In this document: in pieces, positions 54,590 through 64,000 of the stretch
How the letters are laid out: the number at the start of each line of letters is the position of its first letter
How positions within the stretch are numbered: position 1 is the first letter of the stretch
Assembly (NCBI GenBank): GCA_964035545.1
Contig: OZ037766.1
Span: 124,001 to 188,000, forward strand
Direction: 5' to 3'
Length of the DNA: 64,000 nucleotides
DNA from: Bugula neritina
Lineage: Eukaryota; Animalia; Bryozoa
Notes under the pieces: model-generated
What the model was told of the DNA's origin: nothing
The model's input: only the letters and a program-made list of their open reading frames with translations
The model's database searches: none
Program-made: the position numbers and the translations under genes

Positions 54590-55605
54590 AATATATTATA
54601 TATTTTTATATTATATATTGTCATATTATATATATATTATATGAGTATAATAATATTATATATAATATATATATATATTATAATAATATATTATATAATA
54701 TAATAATAAAATATATTATTATATTATATATTATATTATATATATATTATATATATATAATATCATATAAAATATATTATTATATTATATCATTTACAAA
54801 ATATATATATATATATATTATAATAATATATTATATATTATATATTATATTATTATATATATATTATACAAGTATAATAATATTATATATAATATATATA
54901 TTATAATAATATATATATATATATTATAATAATACATTATATATCATTATATTATATAATATATTATATATTATTATATTATATATTATATTATATATAT
55001 ATTATATATATAATATCATATAAAATATATTATTATATTATATTATTTACAAAATATATATATATATATATATTATAATAATATATTATATATTATATAT
55101 TATATTATTATATATATATTATACAAGTATAATAATATTATATATAATATATATATATTATAATAATATATTATATATTATTATATTATATATTATATTA
55201 TATATATATATTATATATATAATATCATATAAAATATATTATTATATTATATTATTTATAATATATATATATATATTATAATAATATATTAATATATATT
55301 ATATATTATATTATATTATATATATATATTATACAAGTATAATAATATTGTATATAATATATATATATATCTTATAATAATATATATATATATATATTTT
55401 AATAATATATTATATATTATTATATTATATTATATATATATTATATATATAATATCATATATAATATATTATTATATTATATATTATATTATATATGATA
55501 TATATATATATTATAATAATATATTATACATTAATATATTATATATATATAATAATATCATATATAATATATATATATATTATAATATTATATTATATAC
55601 TATAT

Positions 55606-55638
<33 letters not shown>

Positions 55639-55756
55639 ATAATATCATATGTAATATATTATTATATTATATATTATATTATATATATAATAACATCACA
55701 TATAATATATTATTATATTATATATTAAATTATATACATTATATATATAATGATAT

Positions 55757-55798
<42 letters not shown>

Positions 55799-55824
55799 TA
55801 ATATTATATATTATATATATATAA

Positions 55825-55897
<73 letters not shown>

Positions 55898-56335
55898 GCC
55901 AAATATTTACTACAAAATTCAAAAATAGCATAAATTAAGTAGTATTACCGTGCCTATTTGCATCCAATTAACTAGTCTTACATTTATAGCAACTGTAACG
56001 TATTTTGTGTATAATGGTTATTGCAAGCATTATTCAATTCATATTCACATTAAAATCACAGCGAAGCTTTAACTTTATAGCTTTGTATTTATGTGCATGA
56101 TTGAGTTTTAATTTTTCTTTTAATTTTATGTGCATTAAAAATGTGTTTAAAAACTTTACCAATAAAAAAAATTAAAAAAAAATGTACACATAAAATAGAA
56201 AAAAATAAAATAACAAAAGTGGCAAAATTTTTCCTTTATAACTTATATAAACTCGCGGTACCAATCTCGGCATAATGGCGCCCATATGATTCCGTAGGAT
56301 TTGCTAATGGCAACACTCTTAAATATACCACACTG
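54071..56335. mobile_element. Non-autonomous hAT-type DNA transposon / foldback element (2265 bp)
   Basis: Termini CAGTGTGGTATAT(T)TAAGAGTGTTG are inverted; perfect 8-bp TSD ATTTAGAC at 54063-54070 and 56336-56343; ~430-bp inverted arms; TA-rich core 54500-55892; no transposase. Confidence 0.93.
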
Positions 56336-56390
56336 ATTTAGACTAGCCGTTATGTTTAACCCTTTGGTCATAGCAAGGTCAAGGTAAGGT

Positions 56391-56406
56391 GTTGTCACTT
56401 AGCAAC
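56391..56406 (+). promoter_or_regulatory. RFX X-box-like motif upstream of AK8
   Basis: GTTGTCACTTAGCAAC ~90 bp upstream of the ATG; imperfect match to GTNRCC(N0-3)RGYAAC. Confidence 0.5.
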
Positions 56407-56492
56407 GGTACGCTACTGAGTGATCATTCTAATACTTTTTGCAGTCGACAAGTAGTTTATAATACTAGATTGTACTAATTATTTCAACTAAT

Positions 56493-59400
56493 ATGGACGC
56501 TACACAGAGACCTATTCAGATAAATCCTGAGTTTGCCAATTATGCGCAAGAGCATGGCATTTTTGACATGTACAAGGTTAGTGAGCATTGTTGTAATAAT
56601 TGCACAAAGCCAGCCCACATTCAAAGTGACACTCTTGTAAAACTATAGTTATTACTAGTGACTGTGAGTACTCAGAACTGATTGAGTGATGATCACACAC
56701 GATAAATATAGTCACAATAGTAATATAACATAAAATAGAATTAGATGTTTGTAAATTAGTGTCACCATATGCAATATAAATAATCAAATCTAGTATTTAC
56801 AAGTAGAGTAGTAGTGGTGCCAAAACTCAAAATTAATTGTGTTTAGACTAAATAATAAAATTAAGTACTAATAAAAATATAATAATTATCATAATAATTA
56901 CATGATTGCTAAAATTGCTAATTAAATTTTGTGATATAATCATAGTTCTATGGGCTATAATTTTTCTTCAGTATAATTGTCATCTGTTTTAGTTTTTCAG
57001 CGTAAAAATTAACGGAGCACTTTAAGTGTGAAACACCATACACAACGGTCAACCATAATTCTTAAATTTAAATTATTCAAAATTAGTTCAACTATCACTC
57101 AGAATAAATAAGTGCACTAGTTGATACTTAATTTTAAATGTGAAAACAACTGCTCTAAAAATAAGTCTCAAAGTAGGACTAAAAGTATTTTAAATCATTT
57201 CAATTTATGTATTGTTTACTTATCAATCAAAAATCAGCACACTACAAGAGCTGGTAATATTAGAATGTACTTATCAAATGCTAGTTGGCCTAAAGGTAAC
57301 CGAGTTGTATATGAGTTGTATACCTTGACGTCTTCTCTAGAGATTGATGTCAAAGCTGTTGACAGAGATGCCTGAAGATCCTTTAACCTACTTGTATGAA
57401 AAGCTGAAACAAGAAGATGATGATTGTGAGTCACCATTTATCATAATGACTATTTGTTTCTCTTCATATGTTAGAGTCAGTGATAATCAGTCATATGACA
57501 CATAAAATAATTCAAAGCAATAACAGGAAGTAACTCAAAATAATATGAACTAACAGAAACCAATTTGCATTGTTACTAGTTATTACAGTGTCTAGAATGC
57601 ATTGACTTCAAACTGTCCTTATGTACAATTGCATTTTAGTGCCACAAATTGTTGTTCTTGGGCCACCAGTATCTGGCAAATGGTGTGTATCTAACAAAAT
57701 CAGTGCAACTGTGCGGGCACCTCATCTATCCCCTGAAGTGATATTGGTTGATGCCCCCAAGGAACTCCAGCTAGAGGTTGATAGATATGTGAAGGAGAGA
57801 GAGGTAAACTCCCCCTCACTGTAACCAAGACAGTTTGTACTAGTCAAATGTCACTACTTGTATAGCTACAATATATATACATGAAGATACATTATATACG
57901 TGAAGTATACAATATGTACATGAAATATACAATATATTAAATATATATACATGAACTATACAATATATATACATGAAGTATACAATATATATATAAATGA
58001 GCACTTTATATTGCTTTCAGCTTATTCCAGATGAGTTATGGGTTCGTCTTATACAAGAGAGACTTAACAGGTGGGTGAGCTGTCTGTCTGTGTGTCTCTA
58101 CATATGTCTGCCTGTGTGTCTGTTTCATTGAGTACAAACTAGAGAATGACACCATACATAGCAACTAATCATCAGGTAACTTTCAGATATGACTGCAAAA
58201 GGAGAGGCTGGGTAATGGACGGCTTTCCCGAGACACCAGACCAGGCTAAGGCACTGCAAGCTGTTGGCATAATGCCAAAACACGTCATCATCTTGGACGT
58301 CCCTGACACTCTGCTGCTGGAACGCTCTGAGGGGAAGAGAATTGACCCAGAAACCAACGGTAAGGTTGGATGAGTCATTGTATCCTATATGCTTGATAGT
58401 CCGTTATTATTCATAGACTTCTGATGGCAGATGTTGTGTATATTATCTGTTTTAGATACGTTGAATAGGCAAATGATTTACTAAATGCATTTCATATATT
58501 TTGAAATATATTTAAAAAAGGATTGATAAAATTAATTTATTAAAACATTTTGAATACGGATTTTTTGACAAGAGTTGTTACTTGAGTTTGACCGAAAAAC
58601 AGTAAAAATTGTTAATAAGATATAAATTCAATATAATTTAGTAAACTATTTTGCTCTTCATAAATTCTTTAAGACCGCTGAATATTAAATTAACATTGCA
58701 ATCGATTATGATGAGAGTATCAGTGTGTGTGGTCTACATAGTATCAGTGTGTATATGTGTGTCTACACAGTATCAGTGTGTGGTCTACATAGTATCAGTG
58801 TGTGTGGTCTACACAGTATCAGTGTGTGTGGTCTACATAGTATCAGTGTGTGTGGTCTACATAGTATCAGTGTGTGTGGTCTACATAGTATCAGTGTGGT
58901 CTGCATAGTATCAGTGTGTGTGTCTACATAGTATCAGTGTGTGTGTCTACACAGTATCAGTGTGTCTACACAGTATCAGTGTGTGTGGTCTACACAGTAT
59001 CAGTGTGTCTACACAGTATCAGTGTCAGTGTGTCTACACAGTGTCAGTGTGTGTGGTCTACATAGTATCAGTGTGTGTGGTCTACACAGTATCAGTGTGT
59101 GTGGTCTACATAGTATCAGTGTGTGGTCTACATAGTATCAGTGTGAATATGTGTGTCTACACAGTATCAGTGTGTGTGGTCTACATAGTATCAGTATGTG
59201 TGGTCTACATAGTATCAGTGTGTGTGGTCTACAGAGTATTAGTGTGTGTGGTCTACACAGTATCAGTGTGTGTGTCTACATAGTATCAGTGTGTGTGGTC
59301 TACACAGTATCAGTGTGTGCGGTCTACAGAGTATCAGTGTGTGTGGTCTACATAGTATCAGTGTGTGGTCTACATAGTATCAGTGTGAATATGTGTGTCT

Positions 59401-62400
59401 ACACAGTATCAGTGTGTGTGGTCTACATAGTATCAGTATGTGTGGTCTACATAGTATCAGTGTGTGTGGTCTACAGAGTATTAGTGTGCGTGGTCTACAC
59501 AGTATCAGTGTGTGTGGTCTACATAGTATCAGTGTGTGTGGTCTACAGAGTATTAGTGTGTGTGGTCTACACAGTATCAGTGTGTGTGGTCTACATAGTA
59601 TCAGTGTGTGTGGTCTACATAGTATCAGTGTGTGTGGTCTACACAGTATCAGTGTGTGTGTCTACACAGTATCAGTATGTGTGGTCTACATAGTATCAGT
59701 GTGTGGTCTACAGAGTATTAGTGTGTGTGGTCTACACAGTATCAGTGTGTGTGGTCTACATAGTATCAGTGTGTGTGGTCTACATAGTATCAGTGTGTGT
59801 GGTCTACACAGTATCAGTGTGTGTGGTCTACATAGTATCAGTATGTGTGGTCTACATAGTATCAGTGTGTGGTCTACAGAGTATTAGTGTGTCTACACAG
59901 TATCAGTGTGTGTGGTCTACACAGTATCAGTGTGTCTACACAGTATCAGTGTGTGTGGTCTACATAGTATCAGTATGTGTGGTCTACATAGTATCAGTGT
60001 GTGGTCTACAGAGTATTAGTGTGTCTACACAGTATCAGTGTGTGTGGTCTACACAGTATCAGTGTGTCTACACAGTATCAGTGTGTGTGTCTACATAGTA
60101 TCAGTGTGTCTACACAGTATCAGTGTGTCTACACAGTATCAGTGTGTGTGGTCTACATAGTATCAGTATGTGTGTCTACAGAGTATCAGTGTGTGGTCTA
60201 CACAGTATCAGTGTGGTCTACACAGTATCAGTGTGTGTGTCTACACAGTATCAGTGTGTGTGGTCTACATAGTATCAGTGTCAGTGTGTCTACATAGTAT
60301 CAGTGTCAGTGTGTCTACACAGTATCAGTGTGTCTACATAGTATCAGTGTGTGTGTCTGCATAGTATCAGTGTCAGTGTGTGTGGTCTACATAGTATCAG
60401 TGTGTATGTGAGTCTGTAATGTTGCAGAAGTGTGGCACAAGATCTTTGACTACCCGACGGATGCATCTGTACAGGAACGTCTGGTGGAGCCCCCAAACTA
60501 TTCCCAAGAGGTGATAGTTGAGCGGCTAGTAAACTACCACAGATACATTGGGGACATCACGCAGGCTTACCACTCAGTCTACAAGACTGTGAATGGAGAT
60601 CAACCCAAGATTGATGTCTTCTCTCAAGGTACCCAATTAGTATACCACCTGGTATGAATAAATAGCACCTGGTATGAATAAATAGCAACTGGTAGAAGGT
60701 GTATGGAGCATGGTAACATTTCATCTTTAATTTACTTTGAATGAAGTTATATATCAGAGTCTACTCTGAAAATTTTCAATTTTTCAAGCTTATTTCAGCT
60801 CTAGTTGGTCATCTGCTTACAACTGAATGTCAATCCATTTTGAAATTGACAACATAGCTGTACACACGTGAATACGCGCTACTAATAAGGTTATCAGTCT
60901 ATCATGTCCTTATTTCTGAGTCTAACAGAATGACTCATGAATCCTAATAATAATATGTTATGTGTCAGGAGATTGTTTAGTTATTAGTAATAACTTGCAT
61001 TATAGTAGACTGAAAAATGAGAGAAGACAACTTCTCATCACTTTCTAAAATTACTTATTAATCATTTACTAAGTTCATATTAGTCCAGGCTCACTATATA
61101 TCAAAGGTTTAATATATACTAACTTACTTATTTATATCTAAATACAACAGAGTAATATATTACTAGTATAATATATATAAATACTGTGTGTTACTCTTCC
61201 ACTATATATACCATGCTATCTCTTCCCAGCTATTGTTTCACTCCGCTGCGTCTAATGCCTTTCCTTTTCACCACGACTCAGATGGGCGGGGTTTTGTCTA
61301 GGTTCGGCCTACTATTCTGCAACACTAAGAGTCCCAGATACTAATCATCAGCTTCCCTATTGGGCCAACCTACTCATCAGCTCCTCTATTGGGCCAACCT
61401 ACTCACCAGCTTCCCTATTGGGCCAACTATTGTAGTAGTAGTCAGATGTTACCTTAACAGAGTAAATGTGTCATCTCGGAGTAACTCCCTAACTATTTGT
61501 TGCTTGTATTTGCTGCCTGTGTCTGTAGTGAATGCCTACGTGAGTCAAGATGCCAGATCTCACGCCCCGAATACACCGCGGGTTCTGCTCCTCGGACCAA
61601 CTGGAGCTGGCAAAGCGGTGCAAGCAGCTCTCATTGCTTCAAAGTATAACATCATTAATAGTAAGTATTACTCTCTCCCCTTCACAAGAGTATAACATCA
61701 TTAATAGTAAGTATTATTCCCTTCACTTCACAAGAGTATAACATCATTAATAGTAAGTATTATTCCCTCCCCTTCACAAGAGTATAACATTATTAATAGT
61801 AAGTATTATTCCCTCCACTTCACAAGAGTATAACGTCATTAATAGTAAGTATTATTCCCTCCACTTCACAAGAGTATAACATCATTAATAGTAAGTATTA
61901 TTCCCTTCACTTCACAAGAGTATAACATTATTAATAGTAAGTATTATTCCCTCCCCTTCACAAGAGTATAACATTATTAATAGTAAGTATTATTCCCTCC
62001 ACTTCACAAGAGTATAACGTCATTAATAGTAAGTATTATTCCCTTCACTTCACAAGAGTATAACATCATTAATAGTAAGTATTATTCCCTTCACTTCACA
62101 AGAGTATAACATTATTAATAGTAAGTATTATTCCCTCCCCTTCGCAAGAGTATAACATTATTAATAGTAAGTATTACTCCCTCCCCTTCACAAGAGTACC
62201 TTAAATTTTGAATATAAAGTTATTCAACTGATTTCGAAGTAGTTGAGATTCTATTTTAGAAATTTTAACATCAAACCTCTTATTTAGATGTATATTGTAA
62301 TATTATGTTAAACATAATAACTATATTGTTGTAGTCTCAGTCCCTCAACTTGTTCAGCAGGCCATTGAAAGTCAGTCTAAGTTGGGATTGGCTATAAAGC

Positions 62401-64000
62401 CCTACATTGAACAAGACATCACAGGTACATTTCTATGTCTTGCAGTCTCCATAGCAACAGCATACTATCTCCATAGCAACAGCATACTATCTCCATAGCA
62501 ACAGCATACTATCTCCATAGCAACAGCATACTATCTCCATAGCAACAGCATACTATCTCCATAGCAACAGAATACTGTCCCTATAGCAACAGCATACTAT
62601 CTCCATAGCAACAGCCTACTATCTCTTTAGCAACAGCATACTATCTCCATAGCAACAGCATACTATCTCCATAGCAACAGAATACTGTCCCTATAGCAAC
62701 AGCATACTATCTCCATAGCAACAGCCTACTATCTCTTTAGCAACTATGTACTACTATGTTCATAGCAACAACACAGTATTCAGCACGCTACTTATTTCTT
62801 TAGCACCATTATATTGCGTGCTAAGCCCTATGTACCAGTAGTGTAAGATAGCATAACATAGTCATCAGGATATATATATCTGATCCTTCAAACATCACAT
62901 GATCTAAACTATTATGCTACAGTTCAGTACATTGCTGTAACTTTAAGTACTTTAATGTCCTACATGTCTCTACATTCATTTCATCTTCAAATTTAGCTCC
63001 CACTGGATATAGCTTTGTCAAAGGTAAACCCCAAACCCATTTATGAGTGTGCAAAGCTTTCCTTTAACTGAGAACTAATTCTAACAATAACAAAATTAAC
63101 ATTCAGTGTGGCATTGGCTCACGAATTATCTCACATGCCTAACAACTAACCCAAAGTTACATGGTAGTAACGTCTCAAGTCACATGGTAGTAATATCTCA
63201 AGTCACACGGTAGTAATATCTCAAGTCACACGGTAGTAATATCTCAAGTCACAAGGTAGTAATATCTCAAGTCACATGGTAGTACTCAGTACCTCAAGTC
63301 ACATGGTAGTAATACCTCAAGTCACATGGTAGTAATATCTCAAGTCACACAATAGTAATATCTCAAGTCACACGGTAGTAATATCTCAAGTCACACGGTA
63401 GTAATATCTCAAGTCACATGGTAGTACTCAGTACCTCAAGTCACATGGTAGTAATATCTCAAGTCACACGGTAGTAATATCTCAAGTCACAAGGTAGTAA
63501 TATCTCAAGTCACGTGGTAGTACTCAGTACCTCAAGTCACATGGTAGTAATACCTCAAGTCACACGGTAGTAATATCTCAAGTCACAAGGTAGTAATATC
63601 TCAAGTCACGTGGTAGTACTCAGTACCTCAAGTCACATGGTAGTAATACCTCAAGTCACACGGTAGTAATATCTCAAGTCACATGATAGTAATATCTCAA
63701 GTCACATGGTGGTACTAATACTGTGCGTCTCATTGTGTTAGAAATACTCAACTCTTTCTCGCTGAAAGTGCCAGAGCGGTCAGCCCCCACCTGGTGCTCC
63801 AGACTCGCTGTCACAGATGATGACATAACATACAGAACAAGTAACTGCATATTAACTTCAGTAGTTACCTGGTTAATTTGTTGATGAGTTTCTTGTTGAC
63901 TAGTTTGTGTTGTTTATGTTGCCATGGTTACCTATGTTCAGTTCTAACGATTCATACCAACATATTCACAGTCAACAGACTGAAGCTACGAGACATGACA
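56493..64000 (+). CDS. AK8: Adenylate kinase 8 (two AK domains), 5' part; exons 56493-56576, 57341-57425, 57640-57803, 58021-58070, 58187-58359, 60428-60628, 61529-61660, 62335-62424, tentative 63942->64000
   Basis: [14 protein letters not shown]...[22 protein letters not shown] (docking helix); P-loop 1 [11 protein letters not shown]; [14 protein letters not shown]; GKRIDPETN; P-loop 2 [19 protein letters not shown]. Colinear with human AK8 as I recall it; phases are consistent. Confidence 0.93.
58716..60405. repeat. 19-24-bp variable minisatellite (agtatcagtgtgtgtggtctaca(t/c))n in AK8 intron 5
   Basis: Directly visible; ends ~22 nt before the acceptor. Confidence 0.94.
61643..62198 (+). 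repeat. 46-bp minisatellite (12 copies) of the AK8 exon 7/intron 7 junction
   Basis: Unit AGTATAACATCATTAATA|GTAAGTATTATTCCCTCCCCTTCACAAG; the true donor is at 61660/61661. Confidence 0.96.
62445..62770 (+). repeat. 22-bp minisatellite (~14 copies) containing X-box-like (G/A)TCTCCATAGCAAC
   Basis: Unit tctccatagcaacagcatacta; the first copy is GTCTCCATAGCAAC. Confidence 0.92.
63158..63715. repeat. 23-bp minisatellite (ctcaagtcaca(t/c)ggtagtaatat)n
   Basis: Directly visible, with occasional 29-bp variants. Confidence 0.92.
63918..63931. promoter_or_regulatory. Near-consensus RFX X-box GTTGCCATGGTTAC
   Basis: The reverse complement GTAACCATGGCAAC fits GTNRCC-AT-RGYAAC; intronic in AK8. Confidence 0.5.

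Noticed and set aside
58651-60364. Cys/Val-rich ORFs in the AK8 intron
   Set aside because: Translations of the 19-24-bp minisatellite.
1-64000. tRNA, rRNA or snoRNA genes
   Set aside because: None recognisable by eye; tRNAscan-SE or Infernal would be needed to exclude them.

Overview
AT-rich, intron-containing animal (invertebrate-type) genomic DNA; the species cannot be named from sequence. Hand-spliced, frame-consistent models give five protein-coding genes. (1) A matrix metalloproteinase on the - strand, running off the left edge. (2) A secreted CUB-like/mucin/Cys-rich protein on the + strand, ~720 aa. (3) AMP deaminase on the - strand, 15-17 coding exons over ~26 kb. (4) An orphan class A GPCR nested antisense in an AMPD intron. 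(5) Adenylate kinase 8 on the + strand, head-to-head with AMPD and running off the right edge. Mobile DNA: two 5'-truncated LINE fragments and a 2.27-kb non-autonomous hAT-type foldback element with an 8-bp TSD between AMPD and AK8. Roughly half the window is tandem repeat, and the long low-complexity ORFs in the track are repeat artefacts. The main observation is that almost every intron carries its own private minisatellite. Several of these are tandem copies of the gene's own exon-intron junction, up to ~200 copies of one 5' splice site. A second observation is that two intronic arrays, one in AK8 and one in AMPD, are tandem RFX X-box matches, which hints at a co-regulated ciliary adenylate module. 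All gene models are manual and lack transcript evidence.
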